Assembly (NCBI GenBank): GCA_002633005.1
Contig: NMRA01000357.1
Location: forward strand, 138,048-202,047
DNA: 64,000 nt
Direction: 5' to 3'
Source of the DNA: Phoronis australis
Taxonomy: Eukaryota > Animalia > Phoronida
Of this stretch, positions 1-12,000 are shown piece after piece (the stretch's first letter is position 1; each line of letters opens with the position of its first letter). Position numbers and translations under genes: made by a program. The notes under the pieces are model-generated. The model was not told the DNA's origin and did no database searches. It saw only the letters and a program-made list of their open reading frames with translations.

Positions 1-646
1 TTTCATCACCAACTCCTCAGTGTTGCATCCAAACACAACCAAATCCAGTTGTAAATAATACATTTTTGCTAAGGTCCTACACCATTTCTTTTGACCTTTC
101 AAATCATTTTCACGCAGCATTATGTAACATGGTCTCGGCAATCTATCGTCATTCATTTTCAACATTTTCAAATATTAGTCTACCGTAGTAGTTGATGGGT
201 TTGCACATGTCGAAACACAAATCAAAACGTCCACATTTATCTTTTACTATTACATTTGTTGTCTTGATACGTGTACGTAATAAACATTTACAAAACTCAA
301 AATGAACACTTTATCTATTTCCTTTTTGTGGGTTCAGTCCCCCAGGCAATTCTGCACCCGGCACTAAACAGACTCACTGATACGCCGACTGCTCCCATAT
401 AGTCAAATAATTTGAATGCTATTTCTTGCATGGCTATTTGGTTCCATTTTGCATGAATAAGTTAAGGGCTTTATAATATGCCTGTTTGCAACACTTAACT
501 CCGCTGTAGAACAATTTTTAATTATTTTTTAGGGTCGATCCGGCGAGCTTCCTGACTATGACACAATCCAAGGTAATCATGAAAACCCACTAGGTGTCGT
601 CTACGTTTTACCGATTTGTTGAAACGATGACATTTGTTCGATGTGC

Positions 647-696
647 CAAGATGGCGTCTTCCTTTGAAGTTGAGTGCTTGTTCTGATGGAGTGAGT
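647..696 (+). promoter_or_regulatory. Candidate non-coding first exon/promoter of PRORP (YY1-like CAAGATGGCG motif, short uORF, GTGAGT donor at 691)
   Basis: caagATGGCGtct...TGA is followed by gga|gtgagt, which could pair with the acceptor at 5249. No transcript evidence. Confidence 0.35.
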
Positions 697-1167
697 ATGC
701 TCTGAACTTGCAGAAGATATCATGTGTTTTAATGACACGCTGTTACCAACTGTTCCGCTTCTGATGGGACTGTCCCAATTTTTAGCTTTGTCTCGGTTTC
801 TGAAACAGCATCAGAATGTCCCAGTTTTTAAAATGAGCTACTTGCCTTCTTAGCACTTGCCGCATGCTAGTCGCTACACGTTAAAAATGGCCAGTTTCCG
901 ATTTTGCTAACTGAATGAAGGACTGCTCGCAGAAAATGTTTCATAATGGGAATATTTGTTTGAGTTGGAAGAAACTAAAGATATCGACGGCATCCTAAAC
1001 CTGCGAAGGTGTCCCACTATGTGTAAAGGGTATTCATAACAACACGACCTGAATAAATGTTTTAGTCAGTGTGAGGCATAATTCACCGAAAAGCGTCTGG
1101 CGTATGAGGCTCCTACAGGAGCTACTCTGTCTCTGTTGATCCAGCTTGAGATGGCGGTCACTCTAAT

Positions 1168-1776
1168 GTTAGCCTTGGCACCAAGCTGTATACTAAATAT
1201 ACAGCTTTGCACCAATATGGGTAAAAAACTGACCAGATAAAATATACAAAATTAGTGCCATTTAATCTTTTGTGTTGCTTTTTGGTGCCACGAGATATTG
1301 CGTCACCTAATGTCCAGTATCTTTTGTCGCCGATTCTTCAATCAGTTGTTGTTGTTTCATGAGGTGTACTCGTCGTAACAAATTATTGGAACTGGTTTCA
1401 CATCTATAAGTTTTTAGAATTTTAATACCAGCAAACTAAATTTCAGAACCAATTTTGCGAAAGCTGTCATCTCCTGAGATAAAAATTTAGAAAATGGCAC
1501 GTCTGCATGACACTACCGTACTGTTTTCAAAACGACAAAATACTTTTCATTGTCACAAAAGGCGGAGAAAATGATGTTTATTAGATTGTTTTTCACTTAA
1601 ACGGCTGTAACAGGCAAGGTGAGTGTCGGTTGACTCTCAGATTTTGCATGCACCCCCGCAGGTCTTTAGCTTTACATATTGATACAACTTTCATAATGAG
1701 GTGGTATAAAGCAGAACTACCTGGGCTATGTGAAATTTCGAGTCCTGTCGGCGCTGAACACACAATCAGTGGTACC
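1168..1776 (+). repeat. Interspersed repeat, homologous to ~13801-13835 plus ~14400-14895
   Basis: Shared blocks such as gttagccttggc..aagctgtatactaaatatac, gccgattcttcaatca and tttttcacttaaacggctgtaac..caaggtgagtgt..cagattttgcatgcacccc. Confidence 0.75.
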
Positions 1777-2732
1777 CAAGCCTTTATGCAGCGTAGGTCC
1801 AAGCACTAATCTGGAGGCCCTGGCATGGACGCCCAATGTATCATTTGGACGCCCACTGTCAATAGGAACCTTTCAAGTTTGGACACACACATTGTAATGA
1901 TTACTAGGAAGCCTCTGAAGGCTCACAGTGGGGGCTCTTTTTTAAAGCAGGAAGAAATATACAGTGTATATACGTTTTTGCTATTTTGACACTTGATGGA
2001 CAGCATTGTAAAAGTCTTGGTCTACATTTTTTTTAGTAAAAATGCTCACCATAGAAGGCTGTTTTATAAACTTTGATGTAAAAACCTTGATCTATGCATT
2101 TTTTGTAAAAAAATCTGTGTGTTTGGGGGTATTGCTGGGGGTGGGGGCAGGCCTTTATCCAGGATTTCGAAAATAGGGTGTCCTAAATGGGGTTCCCAAT
2201 ATTCCAGGGCGTCCATAATTGTGACGCGTAACCCCCCCCCCACCCCCAGCAGTCCCCCCAAACACACAGATTTTTTTACAAAAAATGCATAGACCAAGGT
2301 TTTTACATCTAAGTTTACAAAACAGCCTTCTGTAGTGAGCATTTTTAATAAAAAATTGGTGTAGACCAAGACTTTTACAATGCTATCAACCAAGTGTGAG
2401 CATAGCAACATTGTATATACTTTGTATATACATTGTATATTTCTTCCTGCTTTGAAAAAAGAGCCCCCACTGAGCCTTCAGAGGCTTCCTAGTAATCATT
2501 ACAATGTGTGTGTCCAAACTTGAAAGGTTCCTATTGACAATGGGCATCCAAATGATACATTGGGCGTCCTTACCAGAGCGTCCATATTAGTGCTAGGGCG
2601 TCCATTTGGACGCCCAGGACGTACGCTGCATAAAGGCCTGGGTGGGGGTTACGTGTCGGAATCATGGACGCCCTGGAATATTGGGAACCCCATTTTGGAC
2701 ACCCTATTTTCAAAATCCTGGATAAAGGCCTG
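1777..2732. mobile_element. hAT-type non-autonomous element (MITE) carrying a second copy of itself
   Basis: Termini CA(A/G)GCCTTTAT...ATAAAGGCCTG. 8-bp TSD GTGGTACC at 1769-1776 and 2733-2740. Confidence 0.85.
2148..2640. mobile_element. Inner hAT-type MITE, inverted relative to the outer copy
   Basis: TIR CAGGCCTTTAT/ATAAAGGCCTG. 8-bp TSD GGTGGGGG at 2140-2147 and 2641-2648. Confidence 0.85.
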
Positions 2733-5333
2733 GTGGTACCTAGCTGTATTTTGACAATAGTCTTCATACAGCTAGTTGGCTGGCTAAATCATATGGTAGC
2801 CCTCCCACCACATCCAGAGGCGTACTTTGGCACCTTAAGTGCTCCTGATCGTCCCAATATACTGTAGTATTATGCATAGTGTATTAGAGAGGATCAGAAG
2901 CTAAGGACGCCTGTGTGCCCTCCAATGTCCCAGAAGCTTTTCAACGACTTATACCTCACACTGATACTCATTACACCATCAAAGTCTAACTAAATACCTT
3001 TTGCATATAGTGGGACACCTTAGGAGGCTGTTGGTATTTTTGGCTTTCTCCCAAGAGAGAGAGTGCTATTTATATCTCCAAAGTCGGCCCAAAGACCCTG
3101 AGGTCAAAGAAGACAAGGAATCAAAATCTTTCTCCTCAATGAAAAAATGTCTATGAACTGGCAATCACTGTTTCATTTTTACATTTGTCCTTAAATTCAA
3201 ATCAAACCCCGGCTGTGCACTTCAGTAAGATTACACATGCTTCAGTCTTCTGCATCGATTAATTGAAACAAAACTTTGCATTGCAAATAACTTCCATTTA
3301 GTCCATATTCCAGATGATATTGGCTTTCAGAGGTCTGTTATCAGTCTTGACTGCTAAGTAGAGATGGTGATACTCCCATGGTGCCTTCATGTGCCGAAAT
3401 CTTTTCAGCGAATTATGCCTCACACTGATTAAACTGTCAAAGTCACATTGCTATATTAAGTACCTTTTGCGCATGGAGGGACACCTGAGGAGGCCATCGA
3501 TGTCTTTAATTCCTTTCATCTTGAACGAATATTACCATAATCAAACTTTTTGAGCAATACTTTGTCTAGTTTCCCAAATCTGTAACTGTCCATTTTTACA
3601 CTGCATGTGCTAGGGGATATCATATTCCGATTTCCGGTGTATTTATTCGAGTTGGAAGAAATTGGGAACATCAATGGCCTCCTAAGGCCACATTTTCTTT
3701 CTTATTGTCTTATTCCTTTCATCTTTTTCTCGGCTACATTATTCTATTTGTCACCACCAGTTAGTGTTGCTGCTGTTGTGTACGCTGCTATTCCGACTGG
3801 AGAAAGCCGATTAAATGACCTTGGATGTGTGATGTTAAACGGATGATAAATCTGATTTTGGTCCGTTGACAGATATTAGAAACGTCTTTCCATCAAACTC
3901 CCTGAAACAAAATAATACTCTAAAACCCTTGACAACTCTCAAAAGTTTGGGGGAAAATTTTAAACCTCCTTCTTGAACAGGCAAGCGTGACCTTCGCTTT
4001 TTACAAATAGAAAGCAACTGTGGGAAGACCATCCTCCTAGAACTATGATATTCTATTTGTGATAGAGGGAGTATGAGTTTTAGTTGATAACTGTTTTTTA
4101 TCTTTCAAGATTGATGCCAATGATACACTAGGAAATGTGCAGAATGAGGATTGGTTGAAATCATCAAAACGGGTTCACTATCATTTTCAATTCTTCGGCT
4201 TCTTGACGTCGATCAAAGAAGAGAAAATGTAGAGGGAGTATATAAACAGGTTCGGCATGGTAATTTTGAACTGAACAGGATCATACTTTTTCTTGAAGCT
4301 ACTGTTCAGTTGCTGTACTTTCTAAATGGTTGAAATTGGGACTAATTTTCATGGCCAAACACCTCGATGGCATGACCAGACCAGTGAAAATGAACCTCAC
4401 ATTGAAAACTAGGTAAATGAATACGTGCTTTCTTACCTCCGTGACAGAGAAGAGTTTTATCGTTGTGAAATCCGGGACTACTTTATTGGCATTAATGAAA
4501 TAGTATGAATTGCGTCATGCTTCTAAGCGAGCATTGAGATGTGCTTGTGGATGAATTCATTCTAATGTGCATTACTACGTAGGCCAAAAATGCATTGCAG
4601 GCCAGCTTTTAAATGACAAAATAAAGGACGGGGGCCAGGTTGATGACTGCCACATCTGTGTTAGTTTCATGACAATATACTAATAAGGCTTCACATGAGA
4701 TTCCACTTGAATGCTTTAAGAAAATTTGTGGAAGTCATGACAATTAATAGAACTTTGAAAAAAATGGTGGCCTCTTTTTTAATCACAGCGGTCATAATAT
4801 TCTGTCTGTTTTTAATCATCATCTGCTTTTGATGTCATATTTACACCACTATAAACCATCATGGGTTAAGTACCTCATTTGGGTAAAGGCTTACTCTTGA
4901 AGTTTAAACTTGGATCCTTTGGTTTATTTATGCACATTCAGCTTAATGTTCACTGAGGGATTTTTTAATTTAAACACTCTGGTCAAACGAGGTCAACAAA
5001 TCAGTCACTTTTGAACTGTTTCTTGGATTTTTACAATTCTTCTATAAACACTTACCATTGAATGTATGATGATGTAACGTACATTCATTAATTTAAGACA
5101 TTTTGTTTACGAAATTTTATTGTACGCACACGAAAAGGGGTTACCATGGAGTGAACTTATGAATTATTTTAATGGTTGTGAAGGTGGAAAGAGAAAAGAA
5201 AACTTCAGTGTACCATTTATACATTCAGTTTTGCTTTTTAATCTTTCAGGAAACTCTCTTTGGAATCTTGTCTGTAAAATCTTAAAGACACGAATGCATC
5301 TGTGGTTTGCTGTAGGGACTTGGTTCTGAAACA

Positions 5334-7007
5334 ATGCTACGAAAAGTCTTGACATCAACAAGACGGAGTAAACCTTCAATAGCTTGTTTGGATGTGCTGT
5401 GGAGATCTTTCATACTGTCAACACATTGTGCTAGTCAACCACTTCAGCGTGAGATTGGTTCCCAGAAAAATGCTGCAATTTCTTTTAAACGCTTCCTTTC
5501 AGCTACCATTTTGAGTGATACTAGTGAAACTGTAAATAAAAGTTCAAATTCGACACAAAAGCCAAGACGTCAAGTTAGAGCTTTCGAGCATCTATTTGAC
5601 ATTTTCTCTGCCGATTCCGATCGATATTTAGAAGAACAGGAATGGAGTTCTTTTCTGAGTGATTACATATCTCGATTTCCCACCTATGACAACAGATGGG
5701 GTGCTGTAGTAATGAAGGCTTGTGAAACAGTTGGTCATGTGCGTCGTGGGCAGTCGCTATTAAGGTATGTGGAAAACAACAAGGTTGTATTGACTGTTCC
5801 CATATTGTGCAGTTACATATTGTTGCTTTGTAAAAGTACGGAATGCGACAATGAAAGAACCATAGTCGAAATTGTGAAAAAAGTGCAAGAGATTACGAAT
5901 GTTTTGGATAATGACTCTAGATTAGCGGTCATTAAAGGTCTTTGTGCGACAGAGGAATGGAAAAAGGCATTGGACTTCCTCGATGCGCCAGAAGTGCAAC
6001 AACAAAGGGCAAATGACTACTCACCTGTCATCCGTGCTGCATGTCGTCATGGTGATTGTGACTCCATTCGGGTACTGTTGAATAAAATGTCCGAGTTTGA
6101 CTTGGTACCATCTGAAGAAGTTGTGGAAGAAATCACGAAATTGAACCAGACCAACAAATCACTTCAAGTGGTTCAAGAATTATTAAATTTGTATGGTCAA
6201 AAAGGATGGATTTTCTCCCAGAGAAGTGTGCAGTGTTTAAAGGACTGGTTCGAGAAAAGTCAGAAGTGGCATGGATCGTTCACAAGGATTACACCTAGAG
6301 GGCACTGTTCAGCCTGTCATACAAGTCTAGAGAAGCTGGAAATATCTGAAGATACCTTTGTCCTACTGAAAGAGGATTTTCTTAAGAAGTCTATACTTGG
6401 AAGTGACATCTTTATAAAAACCAAACCTAGTGAGTTGAGAAGATTTGTATCATTCTTAGATAAACAAGGACCCTTTGATATTGTATTTGATGCTTTAAAT
6501 ATTGCTTACAAGGGACGTGGTAAACCCAACAAGGCTAAAATGTCCCATCAAGTTTGGAATGTAGTAAATGATTTCGCAAACAGGAGAAGAATGAAAGTGT
6601 TGGTTGTTGGTCGTAAACATGTCAGAAGTTGGCCTGATTTGAAGGAAATACAGAGTGTGGCCAGTGTGTTTCTCACTGATGATATTTCCAAGGACGACCC
6701 TTTTGCCATCTATGCGGCATTATTCAGTGGAAGAGAGTGCCAGTTGATATCCAGCGACCAAATGCGTGATCACTGCTTCTTATTAAAGAAAGATCTTCAG
6801 CCAGTTTTCAAACTTTGGCAAATGAAAAATCAACTAATTTTCCTCAGCTGGAATACACATCGTGGTTGCACATTCAAACAACCACTGTGCTACAAGCCCA
6901 TTGTGCAAAGATCGACTGACAATAGCTGGCATATTCCATTTGACAATGGCCTGTTGAGGGCAAGTTATGAATCTACAACTACTTGGTTATGTCTCAGAAA
7001 TACTTAA
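5334..7007 (+). CDS. PRORP: Mitochondrial protein-only RNase P catalytic subunit (PRORP/MRPP3), single coding exon, 557 aa
   Basis: Basic N-terminal presequence-like region and helical PPR-like middle. Zn ligands HCSAC...WHIPF...WLC. NYN nuclease motifs FDIVFDALNIA, DDISKDDPFAIYAA and ISSDQMRDH match human MRPP3. Upstream acceptor (ttttaatctttcag|G at 5249/5250) implies a non-coding first exon. Confidence 0.95.
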   Translation: MLRKVLTSTRRSKPSIACLDVLWRSFILSTHCASQPLQREIGSQKNAAISFKRFLSATILSDTSETVNKSSNSTQKPRRQVRAFEHLFDIFSADSDRYLEEQEWSSFLSDYISRFPTYDNRWGAVVMKACETVGHVRRGQSLLRYVENNKVVLTVPILCSYILLLCKSTECDNERTIVEIVKKVQEITNVLDNDSRLAVIKGLCATEEWKKALDFLDAPEVQQQRANDYSPVIRAACRHGDCDSIRVLLNKMSEFDLVPSEEVVEEITKLNQTNKSLQVVQELLNLYGQKGWIFSQRSVQCLKDWFEKSQKWHGSFTRITPRGHCSACHTSLEKLEISEDTFVLLKEDFLKKSILGSDIFIKTKPSELRRFVSFLDKQGPFDIVFDALNIAYKGRGKPNKAKMSHQVWNVVNDFANRRRMKVLVVGRKHVRSWPDLKEIQSVASVFLTDDISKDDPFAIYAALFSGRECQLISSDQMRDHCFLLKKDLQPVFKLWQMKNQLIFLSWNTHRGCTFKQPLCYKPIVQRSTDNSWHIPFDNGLLRASYESTTTWLCLRNT

Positions 7008-7507
7008 ACAAGTTATGTATTTAATTTTAAACATTTATTAGTAATTAAATGACCAATTTACGTGAGCCTAGCCTCTGGCAATAACAATATCTCATTTTTT
7101 CCTAAATCAAAGTTCACTTGTGGAACAGGAAGAAGTTGAAACCAGTTTTAGAATGTTACGTGGTTTAAATCAAAATTAATCATTTTTTTACTGAAGGCAG
7201 TTTTAAATGTACTGACTTGGATGTGTAGATGTCATAAAATAACAGTTAGCAATCATTTCATTATCTGTAGCTAGGCTTTGAAAATTTATTTTGTGTGCAA
7301 AATAAGTGAAGAATACAGAGTGCTTAGGCTGTACAATGCAGGATAATATTCGTCCACACTTTTAAGTGACTCTTAGGGGCATGCCTATCACTAAATTTAA
7401 TGTGCAAAGTAATTTGGTGTGGTATGTCATGTGGATGTTGGGATTTTACAGTTGATTTCTGCATTAACACCAATGCAATGAGACTTCCATCCTGTTTTGA
7501 GAGTTCT

Positions 7508-7720
7508 AACACTTCATTACCCAATAAGGTAATGCACTGCACCCCATATCTGGTGGTCCATAGTTTTAGAACACTTCATTACCCAGCAGGGTAACACATT
7601 GCACTCCATATCTGGTGGTCTATACTTTTATCACCCTTGGTTACACAACAGGGTAATACATGGCACTCCACATCTGTTGTTCCATAGCTTTATTACTCTT
7701 TGTTTCACCACAGGATAATA
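7508..7720. repeat. Degenerate ~62-bp tandem repeat (~3.5 copies) followed by (TTA)n
   Basis: Recurring acacttcattaccca..ggtaa..gcactccatatctggtggtc units. Confidence 0.6.
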
Positions 7721-8674
7721 CATATTATTATTATTATCATTATTATTATTATTACAGTTCCTTGGCTAGCTTATTTTCATGGAATTTGGCAAATAGTTTC
7801 GTTTTACAGAAACGACGCCACCTTCTCAATTTGGATGGATTTGTCATCTAATGGCAATTTTTACGATTAACACCCATAGAAGCACACCCGTTTGCGGCCA
7901 TGTCTTCGTGGCCGTGGACGCATTTCAATGTTTCACGCTGCTGTCGTTATTCTAGTTCATGGGTACAGGAAGTCCGATTATTTTGTTCATGAAAATTAGA
8001 ATGGAATCACGTGACAAGCCAGACATTGAGAAATCTTGATTGTTCATTAAAATTCCTCGTTCAAAGATGAATTAGTACATGGATTTTTATGCTGATAACA
8101 TTTCTGATAACACCATAGGTAGTTGTTTTTTATCCTTGCGTGGCACTCGTGATAGTCATATCGATCATGGTTTGCTGGGCAGTTAATCAGTCGAGAATGT
8201 TTGTGGTCTATTAACATGCCCCGACATTCTACTAGGTTGGTCGATCATTGCAAGTATTTGACAATCTGAGGTTAGTCCATCATGCGGATATTATGAATGG
8301 CCGTGTGTGCTTGCACAACCAACTGATAAGCGACAGACATGAACATAAAAGATTGATATCAAAGGAGATTTTCCCTCAAGACAATGCTGTGCTGTTGATT
8401 AAAAATTTAGCAAAACCTGAAGTGGCAAATTATCTTCGTTACTAAGGGTTACGTGTCTCACACAGAACAAAGTATTTGCAGGGCCTGGGAAGACCCATCG
8501 ACTTGTTATTGCTTAGGAACAATGCTCAGCAGATAAAATGATCAGCCCAGTCAAGCCAACTTATTGCCAACCTTTTGATCTCGAGCAGTCGTCAACTTTC
8601 AACTCATTCCAAAATCCTTAAATCACGTGTGATCTGAGAAAAGAACAAGGTGAGACCAATTTTACAGCAGGAAG

Positions 8675-8822
8675 AGCCTTATACCCAACATCATATTTTT
8701 GATAGAAGATAGGTTTTATTGCAAGAATAGCCTTACACTCAACATTGTATTCTTGATATAAGGTAGGTTTTATAGCAAGAGCCTTACTCCCAGCACTGTA
8801 TTCTTGATAGAATGTGGGTTTA
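8675..8822. repeat. ~52-bp tandem repeat, 3 degenerate copies
   Basis: agcctta...tattcttgata...ggttt repeated at ~8675, ~8730 and ~8780. Confidence 0.6.
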
Positions 8823-9017
8823 CAACAACAATCTAAATTTCTCTTATAACATGAATACATAGCATGCCTTTGAAAAACAGTCCCAAGACTTATATAAACA
8901 CGACCCATTTTGACTTGTGCACGATCACACAATACAAAGGCCCACGACTGCAATTGCACTGATATTCAATATTCTCCAACCGATGCGACCCCGTAGAAAT
9001 ATATCTCCTCAGTCTTG

Positions 9018-12000
9018 TCATGTACCCTTAAATAAGTGATAGATTATTGGCAAGGATACAGCAAGAACGCCATACACCATGGTTACTGTCACCAGAGAGT
9101 TAATCTTCATTTTCCACTCAAGATTCCTTTCCTGTTCATTCAACAGTGTCTCCACCTGGGGCCCCACATACACTACATTGTCTGTTGGCTGGGTTCCCGC
9201 TGCAATCACGTTTTTGATGGCAATCATTTCTTTCATTAATTCCTGGTTTCGGGAATTTATCAACTCCAAAGCATTCTTAGTCTGTACTTGCACATCATGA
9301 GTCCTTGATTCTGAAGAGACACCTTGCCTTGGGTGACCCATCTGTTCTGACACTGAACTATTACTTGCATTCTCATTAGCACCGGATAATCCAAGGAGAC
9401 TTTTCAAATCTATGACACAGTTGGCTAGGTTGTCTTGTTGCCTAGAAATTGTGTCCGACAAGCCTGTGACAAGTGATCGTACTTCTCCACTTCCAGCAGT
9501 TGACTCCTTTATCATTCCCCGCAATTCTCTCATCCTCAGGTAATTGTTCAACGTGGTACCAGTAATTCCGATCACTGCGCCAACAACGGATCCAATGATG
9601 GACCAGTACTTTGTGCGCTCAGTTCTAGTTCGTTCTTTCTCATGACTCTCCCTCACTGCCGCCGAGAGTGATGCAAAGTAATCCCTCTCGCTCTTCTCCA
9701 AAAATGTGATCTCCTGCAGGAGACAGCCCTCCTGTTTTAGAACCTGGTGCTCCTCTGTAAGGAGGGAGAGGTAGCGGTCATCTCCGCGGTTCACTTTCTC
9801 CAGTTCCACACCAATGGTCTTCAGCTGGGCTTGGACGGCCTGTAAGGCATGTTGCTTGTTCCTCCGATTGTCTTGGACATCTAAGAATCTTTGCTCAGCC
9901 TGCAGACAGAAATACAGTTACTAAACAAATACTAAAAAGGTGAAAGGCATCACCTGGCGCCATAAGCACTTATTGCCATATCACAAATGTACAACAACAC
10001 ACGTTAGAAAGATGTGTAAACTATACAACTTACTAATGCTACCATTACAAAAATCAATTCCATTTTTGTTTACCCTCATCACAAACACATGAAATTTGTT
10101 TAAAACACTTAATAAATTAATGTGCAGACAAACACCTTCATTAGAGTTTAAAGGTATCAATAATCAGTTTAGATCAACAAATACCTTCATTAGAGTTTAA
10201 AGTTATCAATAATCAGTTTAGATCAATAAACACTTACTTACTAAAAATATTGACACTTTTATTCCTTTTTTTTGGGGGGGAGCTGAGGGGCTTGAGAATA
10301 GTGCGTTTTGGAGTGCCTTGAAAATGGTGATAATGTGAATAGTTTCTTACATAACACACGTTCACATACATAACGACAAATGATCCTTGGGTTAATCCAT
10401 CATCTGACATGTAGAAAAAATGAGATCTTTTGACCGATGGTCACAGTCAAAGCTATATTGAATCATTCACAGTATTGTTGGCACACCACATTGTAATTGC
10501 ATGTAAGGACTCCTGGTGTAGATGTCTCGCTAAATGTAGGCATTAAACCGACCACAAAGTGAAAAGCAAAACAACATGCCATCAAAGATACATCATTCTA
10601 TGAACCAGCATACAGAATGGAGCAACTCCATAAAATTGCAAAATAAGTTATAAGTTTGCAATAAATTACAGCATTAAATCTATAGACATGACTAATATTT
10701 TGTGCCAGAAGCACTCAACTTCATAACCTGCACAGACTGTTGGAACTGGTTTTCTAAGGCACAAAAGAGTCGATAAGTTATACGCCAATTAACACTCTTG
10801 TTCAATGAAAATAGGTCAATAGGTCATGGAAACTTTCACAATTTCAATAAAATAAACAGGACAACTGCATGTAATAACATGGTACTTTGTACATCAACTG
10901 ACCTCTGATCAGCTTTCAACAAATTTTGTTACACTGCCAGACTGCATACAATTTACAGAAACTTCAGTTTTGTTTACTCCAATCTGGACACTTGGTAAAA
11001 ACCGGTCTCACTAACCTCCATACAGTGTGCATTCCAACAAAAAGTGAGCTTCTAAGGTAAAACCATAATTGGAAGAAATATCACTGAAGAGATAAAATCC
11101 CCATTGTCAACTCAGACCATTGGGGAGCGATCACATACTATGTTGTCAACAAATTTTTACTCCCCCCTCTTTCTGTCCTTATGAATCTAATGACGAACTA
11201 ATTTCAATTTATGATCGTAAGTTGCATTTGCTGCTGTTGTGTTCAGCACTGAAATAGAGTACATTGAATGCCATTTCAACCGAGGCAGCCCTTTTAGTAT
11301 GTGCCCACATATTTTTATGTGGGTGCATATGACAGTGTATCTTGTAAATGCCTTGTAGGATATTAATGAGATTTGATTATGTTTGTCTGTGTTGAAGACG
11401 ACGACAAATTTCGGGCCAATCTGACTACTAATGCTGTTCTGCCAATTTCCAGAAGGATCAACTAAATTTGCACCACCTGATGTCCAGTTAAATTTTTCAG
11501 CACATTTTTGCCATTAGCCTCTGTATCTGCTAAACAATTCAATGGCTCATTATGAACATGGACAGATTTGTTCCTGCTGAGAAGACCACAAACGGCATTT
11601 TTTTGTACAGGTGTTAACTGCTCTGGCACCCTTCAGTGGCAATTTTAGTTTTTTGCATCCATAGCTGTATCTCCCAACTCTTCAGAGGATCTTTTTGAAA
11701 TCTGGCAGATGTGTTCCTATGGAGATGGCAACAGATGGCGACGAGCTTCAGACCAATCCAACTACACCTATGTTCCCTATGACTCTTGACAAAGTAGGCC
11801 ACTTTGGTTGTATAGCAGGACTCAACATTAACACTTCATTACTTCTGGGGACTGTATTTAGTGCATAAAATGACCAGGTGGGACAATGACATTTATCAGC
11901 CTTGCTTCAAACAATAAACTTACCACTGCAGTGTCCATTTTAGAAAACCAGGGCATGGGTCAATTGATCCAGAAAGCCTAAAATATTTGGTACAGTTTAA

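Noticed and set aside
2064-2867. Short ORFs sharing MDALEYWEPH
   Set aside because: They are translations of the two nested MITE copies.
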